64,000 nucleotides of DNA from Alloascoidea hylecoeti (Eukaryota). A model generated the notes under the pieces. That model had not been told where the DNA came from, did no database searches, and saw only the letters and a list, made by a program, of their open reading frames with translations. Positions 37,803 to 50,670 of the stretch are shown here, piece after piece. A program made the position numbers and the translations under genes. The stretch lies in NCBI GenBank assembly GCA_001600815.1, contig BCKZ01000013.1, positions 62,001-126,000 of the forward strand, given 5' to 3'. Numbering within the stretch: the first letter of the stretch is position 1; the number at the start of each line of letters is the position of its first letter.

Positions 37803-39368
37803 ATGACTTCTTCTGTTCCTGAGGAGCTTCAGGACTTTCTAGTTCCAAGACCCTTTCATAAGACATGGGCTCAAACTTTCATCTGTCAACCGGCTGCTTA
37901 TTTCCAGCCAAGAACAATAGACGAGATAACTGAATTAGTAGATCAGGCTAGAATTAAGAAGAGAACTCTTATGGTAGTTGGTTCAGGTCATTCACCATCT
38001 GATATGACAATGACAAATGACTGGCTGGTTAATTTGGATAAGTTTAATGCTCCAATTGATCTCAATTCAAATGATTCGGGTCTTTATACCGATGTCTCCG
38101 TTGAGGCCGGTATTCGCATTTATCAAATCAACGATTATCTCAAAAGTAAAGGACTTGCACTTCAAAACTTGGGCTCAATTTCCGAACAATCAATTGCAGG
38201 GTTGATTTCAACTGGAACTCATGGAGCTAGTGCTTATCATGGCTTTATATCACAACAAATAGTAGATATCACTATTGTGGACTCAGCCGGTAAACTTCGA
38301 AAATGTTCTTCAACAGAAAATCCTGATTTATTCAGAGCTGCCCAATTATCCCTTGGTAAAATTGGAATTATTGTATATGTTACTATTCGTACTGTCCCTG
38401 CGTTTCAAATTCATTCTACTCAAGAAATTATTTCTTTTAATCGTTTAATTGATTTATGGGATTCCGTTTGGACATCTTCAGAATTCATTAGAATTTGGTG
38501 GTTCCCATATACTGATAGATGTGTTTTATGGCGTGCCAATAAAACAGATAAACCTTTTTCAAACCCAAGAGAGAGTTGGTATGGTACATGGTCTGGTCGT
38601 TTATTCTATCAAACTCTTTTATGGATTTCCGTTCATATTTATCCTAGGTTAACACCATTTGTTGAACGTTTTGTGTTTTCAAGACAATACGGATTGGAAG
38701 AAACTTACGGACATGGTGATGAAGCTGTAACAGGTAGTGTCGAAGGATTAAATATGGATTGTTTATTTAGCCAGTATGTCAATGAATGGGGATTACCATT
38801 AACTAATGGTATTGATACTTTACTTTCACTTCAAAAAGTTATTTTTGAAGCTGCTAAAGAAGGAAGATACTTTGTTCATTCTCCTATTGAAGTTAGATGT
38901 TCGAATATCACTGGCTCTGGTAGTACATCGGAAATAGATGTGTCTAATAGAAAAGCCTTTGATGTTGGTCCTATTCCAGGAAATAATCTTTTACCATTAC
39001 TTGCATCTGCTCCTAAATTACCTTACTCAGAACCTTCCAAAGTTACAAATGAAAACCTTACATTATATTTAAATGCTACAATATATAGACCATTTTATAC
39101 AAAAACTCCATATGGAGAATGGTTTAAAGCTTTTGAAGAAATTGTTTATGCTGCTGGTGGTAAACCCCATTGGGCCAAGAATTTTATTGGTTCATCAGAA
39201 ATCAAGGCATCATACGAAGAAGGTGAAATGCAAGGATTTGCTTATACAATGGATAAATGGTTTGGAGAAGATTTAGTATTATATAAAAAAATTCGAGAAG
39301 AAGTTGATCCTGATGGAGTATTTCTAAGTGGTAAAGAATGGGCTGTTAGAAATGGAATTGTGGACTAA
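37803..39368 (+). CDS. ALO1: D-arabinono-1,4-lactone oxidase
   Basis: VGSGHSPSD FAD-binding motif, LGSISEQSIAG.ISTGTHG, PIEVR, GGKPHWAK; first ATG at 37803. Confidence 0.95.
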   Translation: MTSSVPEELQDFLVPRPFHKTWAQTFICQPAAYFQPRTIDEITELVDQARIKKRTLMVVGSGHSPSDMTMTNDWLVNLDKFNAPIDLNSNDSGLYTDVSVEAGIRIYQINDYLKSKGLALQNLGSISEQSIAGLISTGTHGASAYHGFISQQIVDITIVDSAGKLRKCSSTENPDLFRAAQLSLGKIGIIVYVTIRTVPAFQIHSTQEIISFNRLIDLWDSVWTSSEFIRIWWFPYTDRCVLWRANKTDKPFSNPRESWYGTWSGRLFYQTLLWISVHIYPRLTPFVERFVFSRQYGLEETYGHGDEAVTGSVEGLNMDCLFSQYVNEWGLPLTNGIDTLLSLQKVIFEAAKEGRYFVHSPIEVRCSNITGSGSTSEIDVSNRKAFDVGPIPGNNLLPLLASAPKLPYSEPSKVTNENLTLYLNATIYRPFYTKTPYGEWFKAFEEIVYAAGGKPHWAKNFIGSSEIKASYEEGEMQGFAYTMDKWFGEDLVLYKKIREEVDPDGVFLSGKEWAVRNGIVD

Positions 39369-40058
39369 GAATTTATTAAGAAGCATAACTCAATGAAAAA
39401 TCCAAGGTCTGGATGAAAATACTATAAATAGCGCTATAAGGAAAGGACTTATAATAGTTTAATAATATAATCTTAAATCATAATGAATAATTAATTATAA
39501 GCTACGTCAAAAAATTGATGTATCCTTTTCAACATCCATTAACAATATGCATGGGCCATGGGAACAGATTCCCCGATAACTTCGACGTATTTAAGGCAGG
39601 TGAATAAGTTTTATGTTACTGAAAGCAAGAAATTTTATCTAGATTTAGCAGAGATAGCGCTAACTGGTGGTAATTTTATCACACAATATTCATATTTATA
39701 CTAAGTTCTTACTAACTTATAATTCTAGTTGTGTTTATCACATTCATCAAATTTGAAGCAAGTTAATTGGCAGTCAATTGCTATTACAACTTTTATATTT
39801 TACAGATCTCAGGCGTCACTATATTATCACCAATAAGAATATATATATACGAAGTCGAATACTCAATTGGAAAAACATAAAACAAATAAGTACATCACAA
39901 TTGAGATCGCTCAAGTCTTGTAAGAAGATATCGAACCATTCAATGCTTGGATATTTCTATATAAAGTCCTTTTTATTTGCTTCTTTTGGAATATATTAGT
40001 TTTAAATTTCAACTACAATTGAGTTCATTGATTATTTATTGTCTAAGCTTTTCAAAAA

Positions 40059-40820
40059 ATGTCAATTACAACCGTATATTTCGTTTCTGGTGGAAATAGA
40101 GGAATTGGGTATTGCTTTGTCAAACAATTATCTTCGGATCCTCAAAATTTAGTTATTGTTTCTGCCAGAAATCCTGAAAAAGCTACTGAATTACAAGACT
40201 GGTCCAAGAAACATCCTAATATCAAGATCGTTAAACTTGATGTTTCAGATGAAGATAGTATTGCTGGTTTACCTGATCAAGTCTCTAAGTTTACCGATGG
40301 AATCGATGTTTTGATCTCAAATGCTGGAATCATTAATGACAAAACTAAATCATTATTGGAAACACCAGCTTCTGTTATGAAAAGTATATTTACAGTCAAT
40401 TCAATTGGGTCAATTTTACTTGTTGGAGTCCTTAAACCATTTTTATCAAAAAGGGAAACACCTAAAACTATTTTTATGTCAAGTATTGCTGGATCTATTG
40501 GTGGATTTGATTTTGATACATTCGGTGCATATGGAGCATCTAAAGCAGCACTCAACTATTATATGAAGGTATTGGCAATAGGCTTGAAGAACCATATTTT
40601 TATTTCTATGCACCCTGGTCTGGTGTCTACTGATATGGGAAAAGAGGCTGTGAATCATTTGGAAGCTGATAAATTTGATCTGAGTAAACTTCCTTCTTTA
40701 GGTTTGGAAACTATAACTCCTGATGAATCAGCTTCTTCAGTGTTGAAAGTTATCGAAGGACTTACTATTAAAGATTCAGGATCATTTTTGGATTATAGAG
40801 GAGCACGTGTACCTTTTTAA
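40059..40820 (+). CDS. Short-chain dehydrogenase/reductase (CsgA/sniffer-like)
   Basis: SGGNRGIG, NAG, YGASKAALN, HPGLVSTDM. Confidence 0.92.
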   Translation: MSITTVYFVSGGNRGIGYCFVKQLSSDPQNLVIVSARNPEKATELQDWSKKHPNIKIVKLDVSDEDSIAGLPDQVSKFTDGIDVLISNAGIINDKTKSLLETPASVMKSIFTVNSIGSILLVGVLKPFLSKRETPKTIFMSSIAGSIGGFDFDTFGAYGASKAALNYYMKVLAIGLKNHIFISMHPGLVSTDMGKEAVNHLEADKFDLSKLPSLGLETITPDESASSVLKVIEGLTIKDSGSFLDYRGARVPF

Positions 40821-41450
40821 TTTCACCATATCATTTTATGCTATAGTATAGGCTTATATTGATTATATAGTGCAGTGATTTAGAAAGGTTTCGTCTTGTT
40901 ATAGATTCTTTAAAATTCATTATAACTTCTTATAAGCAAAAATCGTAAGTTTAAAATGTATGTATGCTGCAGCTGAGTGTATTTGTTCATTAGCATTAAA
41001 CATAAATCCGAATATTGCATCGATGAATACTAGAATGGCTAGATCATAATAATTATCGGGGATGTGCTGGTTAATCAATTAGAATTTCTTCATAATCATG
41101 TTAGCCATAGCTATAATTAAGGTTTATATACCTTCTCTTGCTATTCTCAACGGTTAAATTTAGGAAATATTAATGAATAGTTTGGGGGTTGATTAGCAAT
41201 ATAAATATTTATTAGCTAAACTTTTGTAAACTAATTAAAATAATATCAAAGCTAATATTGTCGAATTAATATTAATTAGCTCCAGCGCTTATTTATTCAT
41301 GGCACAAATCTTTCGCTAATATTTCCCTAAACTATAAAAACAGGCGAGAAGCAAAAGACAACTACAACTGGAGATGAATCTATATTTATTATCATAGTTG
41401 AATGTTGATTGAGTTCTTTCTTTAAATTTGGATATTGAAAAGATGAGGTG

Positions 41451-41915
41451 ATGGGATCAACTGAGGAGTTGACGGACTTTCCACTGGAACCAAATTTAAC
41501 ACCTTTCTGGACTTCCCGTCGTCCGGAAAATACCACTAGCCTCTTCCTTATTGTAAACATTCCGTAATTTGAATTTATACATGTAATTGGCACATTAACC
41601 TTTCAGTAATTTGAACCGGCTTTGGTATTTATCCCTTGCCAAAAATATAATATACAACATCTAGAATCGAGAACGTGAGGCCATTTCACAAGTGGGCATC
41701 AATATCTTATCATCCTGTTATGTTTCATTAAACCCCTCCATTTGAATTTCTCTTTAACCTAGACCTCAAAGAAGATCTGGGAACTGGTATTTTGCAATCT
41801 TGTTGAGGGAGACTTTAGGGTTCAGCTAGGTGTAAAAAGTGGGGTTATGTAATCTCAAACGTCGATTTCCCCTTAGCTGTTTTGGATTAAGATATTTTCT
41901 TGGCATGGCGGTGAG
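41451..41915 (-). pseudogene. Decayed copy of the same unidentified gene or element (copy 2)
   Basis: Minus strand has ccgccATGccaagaaa, gaaccctaaagt, gattgcaaaa, cgttctcgattct, gttaatgtgc and cgggaagtccagaa..gtccgtc..tcagttgatc, colinear with 28770-29330. Confidence 0.55.
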
Positions 41916-42304
41916 TGGGTGTGTTTTTTTCTGGCAGTTTTCCCCATCCTATTTTTTGGAGGTTTGGCGAACTTAGCAAAGGGACGTGCCACACAGCCAC
42001 ACATCATAAACGGCGCAGTATTACTAGCATCTCCACTATTTAATAGAAGCAGCTGCTCTGTAGTGTAAATACTTATTATTTTCCACTAAGGTCAACCATT
42101 TATTGTTTTACCTTTGTGTTGCAATAGTTTATCGTCTCGCCCTTTGTGTGTTTCGATTATTTGGTATTTCTCAGTGAAACTAGATACAATACTTTATATA
42201 CTTTTAATTTTATTTTACGTTTATATTTATACGACTGCATCTCGTATCTCTTAGACACGGATATCCAAAGACTTAATATCCAATTTTTTTTCTTGATCGG
42301 GCAT

Positions 42305-43350
42305 TTACATGGACAACTTTCACCTATCCTTATTTATTATTATTATTATTATTGTTTTTATTTTTATTCTTTTTTCATATTTCATCAAAGAATTTATTGA
42401 ATGAGTGTTGTTCAGTGATACTCGTTTATAAGTTTATAATTTCTTTATTTTTTAAATTAGACATTTCTACCTGAGTTTCCAAACTTTTCGTTTTAACAGA
42501 TTTTATATCCTTTTTTTTAATTAATATTAAGGACTTGATGAGCTATTACCCCTATAAAAAATTATAACTATGACAATAGTTATGTAGTATGTACCGTCGA
42601 TCCCTATAGTATGCGTCTAAAATGAATATGGCACTGATATCGATGAATATATCCACAAAAGTTAACGTTTCTTATTATTTTGGCAACTGATAGTGTAGTA
42701 GAATACCTTATATTGACAGCGGAAAGCTGAAGTATGGACGGCCTAAAATGTTTGTGATTGACATCCCGGGATAACCATAGGAACGTTCTGACTTATTTAG
42801 AGATAGTGGTATTCATGGATAACATTCTGCTTTCATTTGTAAAGTCAACTACTAAACAATATCGAATTGACTCGTACTGAGGCCTAAATGTTAATAATAG
42901 CATGTAGTGACATTGTAGTCCAATAAATAATTATGCTTCGACATGACAGACTTGAAGTCCGGTGTTCTGTCTTATTTTACTTTATAAATTTTATACATTT
43001 TAGTAACTGGTACGTGTACATAATTAACAAAGCTGACATTTCCTTATACTTAATTAATACAATTCTGATACTAGTAAATAATATGATATATCGATTAAAT
43101 CTTACATCCATCTCGTTTCCTTTCATTTGTCCAAGATACATCCTACTAGCACATGGGGTTTCCAGCCAAACAGATTTAGAGAAATATGACACTAATTGAA
43201 TGAGTTGTATAGGCCTAAACTAGGATGGTTTAAATATTACAATTTTATTGTTCTTGAATTTGGTATATATTATTAATGTAACTGTGATATTGTTGAGAGT
43301 GAGCTGCGGATAACACCATTTAATGGGATATCATAGTATAGAGCTCAAAT
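42305..43350 (+). pseudogene. Ghost F-box locus: promoter and first 9 codons joined to the 3' flank, CDS deleted
   Basis: 42326-42567 matches the reverse complement of ~7690-7930 (ATG 42538, MSYYPYKKL* vs MSFYPTKNI); 42630-43350 matches the reverse complement of ~4910-5560. Confidence 0.8.
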
Positions 43351-43674
43351 TACAAGTTTGAATATTATAATTTCAATTCTTGTTGTTCTTCATTTGCTCC
43401 TTGAAAGTCGGTTGAGTTTAGTGACACCCAATATTTTACCTATTATCCGGGTAAATCTTCCTGAAATCTTAGTAATTTTTCTTTTCTTCATTCTTTTTTT
43501 ATATTTCATCAAAGAATTTTATATAAAGAATTTATTAACAGACTTACTGTTCATTTATACTTGTTTATAAATTTACAATTCCTCTAACTTAAAAAATTAG
43601 AGAACAATTTTCAATCCGCGTTTTCAACACCCTTCCGTTTTAACACATTTTATATCCTTAATTAAGGACTTGCT

Positions 43675-45924
43675 ATGAACTTTGAGCCCACAAAAATAAT
43701 TATAAATAATAATATTACTTTAGATACAAAAGATACAACACTTACCGACTCAAATAAAAATCAGATCCAATATGGAGAATCTTTTAAAAAATTAAATCAA
43801 GATTTATCTCTTGAAGTCCCAAAACCATCACAGGAGATAAATAATCCTGTCATAGATGGTACTATTAAAAATAGTGGATACGATTCTGATAGTTTTCAAA
43901 ATAATAATGAGATTACTATCAATGGTCTTCCAACTGAAATTTTAATTGATATCCTTTCTCACCTTGACTATTACACTCTTGATCAAATGTCTCTTGTATG
44001 CCATCGTTGGAAAGAGATTATGGAAGATGAGGCATTGTGGCGACAAGCTTTCAAAGAAACATTTAAAACATTACAATTTGGTAGTGTTACAAAGAGTTAT
44101 AGATGGAGAACAGAATTTATTATGCGTGAACAATATTTAAGAAATTGGAGAAAAGGTACTTCTTTCATAACCTCATTTAATCGAGCTTATAGTAATCATT
44201 ATACTCTAAATGTGGATTTTAAATCAGAAAGAATTATTAGTTTCTCCTCTGAATTTGGTGATATTCATATTTCTGGACTAAGAGATATGAAAAAAGCTTT
44301 AACATTACTGAGTGATCATAGTGAAGAACAACTAACCGCAATTGATAGTTCAAATTATGCGATTATTACAGGATACGCCGATGGTTCTATTAAAGCCGCT
44401 TTGTTGATTTCTCCTAGAAATTCTATTTGGAGTAGTGAATCTTTGTTTCCTTCTCATGACTCTTCTATTACTAGTCTTATTGTTAACAAACGACAAGTTC
44501 ACGGCGATGAAAAGAAAACATCATTGTACAGTGGCAGTTTGGATGGTAAAATATATGGGTGGAATTTAAGAACCAGGAAGAGAGTTGAGGAATTATCAAT
44601 TGGAGATAATAAATCAATTACCCATATTACTACAGATTTTAAAGGTACTTTTGTGGTTAGAGATGCTAATGGAAGTATATATTACAAATCACCAGAGAAT
44701 AACTCATTTCAAATGGTTATTGAAAATACAATAATTGAAGCCTATCATACCCGTCTTGATATGAAGTTATTCATGTTTACTGATTTTGGACATGGATATT
44801 CTGTTATAATTTATAATAATCGAGTTTATCGTTATTCATTTGGTACTAACACTAAGAATCAAAAATGGAGATGTCAAACCTTGGATATTCCAGGTATTGG
44901 AGATTCATTTATTACTTCTGTTTCTTATGACAAGGAAAATATGTATTCAAAAGATGAGAATTTGGCAGGTGATGATGGTTGCTTTTCAACTATTATTCTT
45001 AATACCGGACAAATTATTGCTTGGAACATTAGACAAAAGACAGAAGATGATAAATTGAAATCATCTCGATCAATAGAAAATCCTTTCACCGTTTTACCAG
45101 GTTATATTCCAATTTTCAGTGTTGATAATAACTCACTTGTTGCAATCGTTGGCGCTTACAATGGATGGAGTGCTGTTTTTGATATTCTTACTGGTACTTT
45201 ATTGCGTATTAATCATTCACGAATCCCCAAGAAGATGTTGCCGTTCGGTCCAGAGGAAAATATGATTCCTGTAAGGAATATTATTTTGAATGATGATCCA
45301 TCCAGGGCAAGTGGTCTTCTCTCTGTAGAGAATGTTGTACAATATTTTTCATATAATGAAGATACAAATTTAAAGAAAAAGAATAATAAAAGGCAAGGAA
45401 CAAGAGGTTTTGGTGGTCATTCCAAACAAAAGTTACAAAAAGATATTCTTGTTGATATTGAAACAATGCGGATTAATGCTGAAGATGAAAAAGAAAAAGA
45501 AAAAGAAAATCAAGCATTAGATACATTAATTACAGAATTCAATGGTGATGGTTTAACAGAGGATGAATTATTTCAATACGCCTTAAGTATGAGTAAAGAA
45601 CAAAAGCGTCATAATAATGAGGATGAAGATGAAGAACTTCGTAAAGCATTAGAATTATCAATATTAGAAGATTCTTCAAATTCGAATTCAAATGAAGAGG
45701 TTCAAGATGATGACTTCATTAAAGCTTTGGAGATGTCGAAACTTGATGCTGATGCTTTTTCGAATACAGGATCACCCATTAATTCTGATTTATTTGAAGA
45801 TCATGGAGAATCAAGTGCAAGTGCAAGTGCAAGTTCAAGTTCTCAAGTGATAAAGGATTTTTCTTTAATGTCTGAAGAAGAGCTTCTAGACTTTGCAATT
45901 AAACAATCATTAACTCAAACATAA
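43675..45924 (+). CDS. UFO1: F-box/WD40 protein with C-terminal UIMs (Ufo1/Pof10-like)
   Basis: F-box INGLPTEILIDILSHLD, WD-like SGSLDGKIYGWN, UIM-like EDELFQYALSMS, DEELRKALELS, DDDFIKALEMS, EEELLDFAIKQS. Confidence 0.8.
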   Translation: MNFEPTKIIINNNITLDTKDTTLTDSNKNQIQYGESFKKLNQDLSLEVPKPSQEINNPVIDGTIKNSGYDSDSFQNNNEITINGLPTEILIDILSHLDYYTLDQMSLVCHRWKEIMEDEALWRQAFKETFKTLQFGSVTKSYRWRTEFIMREQYLRNWRKGTSFITSFNRAYSNHYTLNVDFKSERIISFSSEFGDIHISGLRDMKKALTLLSDHSEEQLTAIDSSNYAIITGYADGSIKAALLISPRNSIWSSESLFPSHDSSITSLIVNKRQVHGDEKKTSLYSGSLDGKIYGWNLRTRKRVEELSIGDNKSITHITTDFKGTFVVRDANGSIYYKSPENNSFQMVIENTIIEAYHTRLDMKLFMFTDFGHGYSVIIYNNRVYRYSFGTNTKNQKWRCQTLDIPGIGDSFITSVSYDKENMYSKDENLAGDDGCFSTIILNTGQIIAWNIRQKTEDDKLKSSRSIENPFTVLPGYIPIFSVDNNSLVAIVGAYNGWSAVFDILTGTLLRINHSRIPKKMLPFGPEENMIPVRNIILNDDPSRASGLLSVENVVQYFSYNEDTNLKKKNNKRQGTRGFGGHSKQKLQKDILVDIETMRINAEDEKEKEKENQALDTLITEFNGDGLTEDELFQYALSMSKEQKRHNNEDEDEELRKALELSILEDSSNSNSNEEVQDDDFIKALEMSKLDADAFSNTGSPINSDLFEDHGESSASASASSSSQVIKDFSLMSEEELLDFAIKQSLTQT

Positions 45925-48109
45925 CCTGTCTATAATATATTATTAATATAATTAGTGATATATTGTTTATTTGCTTAATATATATATATATATTTTGATC
46001 TAAATTTAAATTGACTTATTGCTTTTTGTAGTCATTAAATTTAATTAAAAAATTATTTAGGTTTCGATGAGATATTCTTAAATAAGGTTTATCAAAAGTG
46101 AATTTGTCCTAACACCGGGCCACACACTGTATATTCTAACTCTATATCTGGTTAGATATGTATTCTATTTGTAATATCGAGAGGTAGATACATATATGAC
46201 TGACAATTATAGTTTTAAAGACCACTTAGATATAAATGAAGAATCCAAACTTTCCAAAGGAGATGAAGTGAATCAAGCTTAAGTATTCAATAATATTTTA
46301 ATAGCTAAAAGATGTGTACTTTACGCTGTTTACAGTGTTTAGACTCTTTACTAGTTAAATTTATATAAAGAGTATTAACCAATTGCAATTAACGATATCT
46401 ATCCCAAGTTATCACCGACTTACAACTTTTTAATATCATAAATTCATAATTCATAATTATAAATTATATCCTTAGCTAGCGCTTAACCGCTTATATGTAG
46501 ACCTTTGTATATATTCTTTAAAAACAACGTACAAGAGCACAAAATCTATATTATATGCAATATCTAATATTATCAATTTATCTATGGTGGGCAATGGACA
46601 TTGGCAGCTAATTATAACTTCTGATTTAATCACAATTAATATAGATAACGATATATTGACTATTGAGTGTACAATACATACATGTATAGCTATAGGTTAT
46701 CGTCTTATTAGCTCATCCATTGTTCTCTTATTATTTCCTCGTATTCTACTAAGCGCTAGCAAGTTCTCATATAGGAGAAAATTCACCGTGGTCTATCCTT
46801 TACTCATCAAGCTCATCAAACAATATCCTATACCATCTGAGTATATAAACCTTGTGATTATGTTCATTTGACCTGAGACAGGAACGGAAGATAATGAGGT
46901 GTTTTATACAAATAAAGCTATAAATGATTGTATCCAGGATATATCAAGTCTGATTTGATGGTACATTTAGTGTGATAATTGCGATTATTTGATCTTATTA
47001 CATGTTGTATATAACAAATAGGGAATAAATTGTTTATTAAGGCGGAATTGAGTCTGAAAATCTTGCAATTGGTATGTTATCGCTAGGAAAAAGATCGATA
47101 CTTTTTCAATATATTTATGAAACTTCAAGGACCAAGGTCGTCAACGAGGATAAATTTAATAGATAATATAATATATTGTACGTAAAATGTATAATATACA
47201 CATAGCTACTGAAGTAATACCTCAACTACCCAAACAACCAGATATCATAGCGTATCAAAAAACTATGAAGAGTCCGTTTTTGGGGTAACTTGTAATTAAT
47301 AGGATATGAGATCTGATTACTTAAACAATTTGGTATAGATTTTGGGGCAATAACCTTACGTTCATTACATAATATAGATTGTATTAGATCTTATGGCGAG
47401 TTCAACCTCAAATATTGTGAGCGCCCTAAGATCAAGACATAACATACAGGAACGCACTTACACTTGCATAGACGTTGAAAAATAATTTCTTAAAAAAACG
47501 TTAGAACCAGTAGATCGCTATCAACCAGATAATCAAATCCGAAGAGTAGTATTTTTCTTTCATAGTAAACTATACGAATAAAAATTCACGTCAACGCTAG
47601 TGAATTAATAAGAACGGCAAGTCCGAGTACAAACCCGGCGGGGATTACTAAATATCAACGGGGATGCAACTAGATCATGTGACCTGATCAAGTAGGGTAA
47701 CCTGCTCCTCGACCTATAACGTTCAGTTTTGAGTAAGAATTAAATCAGGCAATGTTAAGTTTTAACATGAGGAAAATAAGATGATTTGAAACAGCCTATC
47801 ATCATCATGTAAATATTGTATAATTATAAATCTACAAACTGCATTTAAGAAAGAAACTGCGTCAATATTATACGGTACTAATATAAGAGAAAAAATAACA
47901 ATATTAATATTATTTCACTTTTTTATTGTGGTACGCACCCGATCAGCGGACATACGGGTCTTTTGATTTGCCCGTCGAGCGCCTAAACTCGCTTCTCGCT
48001 GTCTTTTTACTATAAATTCTATACTCTCGTTCCAAATATTTTTCTGTTTCCTCTTCAAACCTCCCTTTTTGACTTTCAATTTCTGTCTCACCAACTTCTC
48101 TTATCAATA

Positions 48110-49619
48110 ATGACTATCCCATCTTTAGAACGTCCAAAAAACGTCGGTATTAAGGCCTTCGAGATCTATATCCCATCACAAGTATGTCTATTTTTCAATT
48201 TTGATTTCTATTAGAAAGTAATTGTCATGATCTAACCACCAATTTCTCTATAGTATGTTAGCCAAGTTGAACTTGAGAAGCATGATGGCGCCTCTACTGG
48301 AAAATACACCATTGGTCTTGGTCAAACAAATATGGCTTTTGTTGATGATCGTGAAGGTAATTATTGATATGGAATGGAAACAATGAAAAAAATCTCAACT
48401 AACTTTGGCGTTTCTCCCTTTTATTCTAGATATTTACTCCTTGACTTTAACCGCTTTATCTAAATTAATCAAAAAGTATAATATCGACACCAACAATATT
48501 GGTCGTTTAGAAGTCGGAACTGAAACTTTGATCGATAAGTCAAAATCTGTCAAATCTGTACTTATGCAACTTTTCGGTGAAAATACCGACATTGAAGGTG
48601 TTGATACTGTCAACGCTTGTTACGGTGGTACCTCAGCTGTTTTCAACGCCATTAACTGGGTTGAATCCTCAGCATGGGATGGTCGTGATGCCATTGTTGT
48701 TGCTGGTGATATCGCTTTGTATGGAAAAGGTGCTGCTAGACCAACAGGAGGTGCCGGTGCCGTTGCTTTACTCATTGGCCCAGATGCTCCTATTGTTTTT
48801 GACCCAATTAGAGGTTCTCATATGGAACATGTTTATGACTTTTATAAACCAGATTTCACTTCTGAATATCCAGTAGTTGATGGCCATTTCTCACTTACCT
48901 GTTATACAAGAGCCGTCGATAAAGCTTATACTGCTTATAATAAGAAGGTCGCTAGACTCGCAGCAGGTTCTCAAAATGGATTTGCTACAGAAGGTGGTAT
49001 CAAGAGATTTGATTATTCAATTTTCCATGTTCCTATTTGCAAACAAGTAGTTAAATCATATGCTCGTTTATTGTATAATGATTATTTGGCCAATCCAAAA
49101 GCTTTTGAAGGTCAAGTTCCAGCAGAAATTGCTGCTGTTTCTTATGAAAAATCATTAACTGATAAAGCCCTTGAAAAACATTTCATGGGTCTTGCTAAAC
49201 AATTAACAAAAGAACGTGTTCAACCAAGTTTAAATGTCCCAACGAATACAGGTAATATGTACACAGCTAGTGTATATTCATCTCTTTCATCTCTTTTAAG
49301 CTATGTTCCACAGGAAGAACTTGCTGGTAAACGTATTAGTTTCTTCTCTTACGGTTCAGGTGCAGCAGCTTCTTTCTTTTCAGCAGTTGTTAAAGGTGAT
49401 ATTTCAAACATTGTTAAAAACTTAGATGTTAAGAATAAATTAGCTTCAAGACTTATACGTACTCCAACTGAATATGAAGCAGGTATTGCATTACGAGAAA
49501 AAGCACATTTACAAAAGAATTTTGAACCAACTGGTGATCTTAAAAATATTGGTTCAGGTGTTTATTATCTTACAAAAGTTGATGAGAAATTTAGAAGGTC
49601 GTATGCTATTAAAGAATAA
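48110..49619 (+). CDS. ERG13: HMG-CoA synthase; exons 48110-48181, 48254-48356, 48430-49619
   Basis: [23 protein letters not shown]...GKYTIGLGQ...[37 protein letters not shown]. Confidence 0.96.
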
Positions 49620-50619
49620 ATGTTTTATATAATTATAAAATTTTACATTTTAATTGAAGTTCATGTAATATTATTTTTATATTTACTGGTCTTTTAAATT
49701 CCTTTCTGGCTTGTCGTTATATATCATTTTTTATAATCATCTTACTTTATAACTTCTTAATACATATAATCACGATACAGGTTATCATAAATATATTCTA
49801 TATAGAAACTAAAGTATTAGAACTTTAGTTATATAGCGAAATATACTGCTAATTGCAATATTAGTGTTCGTATCAAATGGTTACTTTTAGATCTGAAATC
49901 TAGATTATTGATCTAGATTACGTAATTCTATACCAGTTATACAATCTGCTGCCCGGTTCCAGTGTTCTTTCTCATCCTCAACAAGCCTATAATTCCCGAA
50001 TACACACCAAAAAGCATAACCAGTTTGCAATTTAAGATCACAAGTCTGGTAATGACACCATGTGGAAGTCATTGAATCCGATTATTACTTTGTGTTGCAG
50101 ATCTCCGAATGCTCATCACTCATGCTCTTTTAACTATACAGCTAAATAATTACTTCAAATATATCCTCTAATCTTCTTTCTCGTATCCAATTTTACCAAA
50201 GCGTTAAGGAAGGACTTTCAAGATCTCCAGCCTTCATAATTTTGTGGATGTATGGTGGGTGTGGGTACTTCCATCATGTTTCGTGCACCATGCTATCTCA
50301 ATGTGTGTGTGACATTTAATGCTTGTGGATACGTAACAACACTATTTAGAGATATTATGTTGAAACCATAGTTAATTAAGTCAAACTTAAAATAGTTCAT
50401 CACTATTCAATATGAGGAAGTGAAGTCCAATATCGAGAACAGACCTTACTTGATTGGATCTACCGTATAATTACGGGAATCAACTTCTTCAAAGAGCGCC
50501 AATACCTTATCTCTAGGATATTAAATACTATTCAACATTTCAATCTCCAAGTTACTTTTGGACTAATATGAATTGTCCTTAAAAGTTCAGTGTATCTAAT
50601 AATTATTACACTTATAATT

Positions 50620-50670
50620 TAACATTATCATAATCAAACATTATCATAGTCAAACATTATTAATCAAGCA
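50620..50670. repeat. Short minisatellite, ~17-bp unit aacattatcataRtca, about 3 copies
   Basis: aacattatcataatcaaacattatcatagtcaaacattattaatca. Confidence 0.7.

Noticed and set aside
38022..38030. Alternative yeast CUG code
   Set aside because: CTG occupies conserved Leu in ALO1 WLVNLD, SER2 YILG and YOS1 GKLLY
41470..41490. GGAAAGTCC resembling RNase P/MRP P4
   Set aside because: No matching 3' P4 strand; explained by the dispersed decayed family
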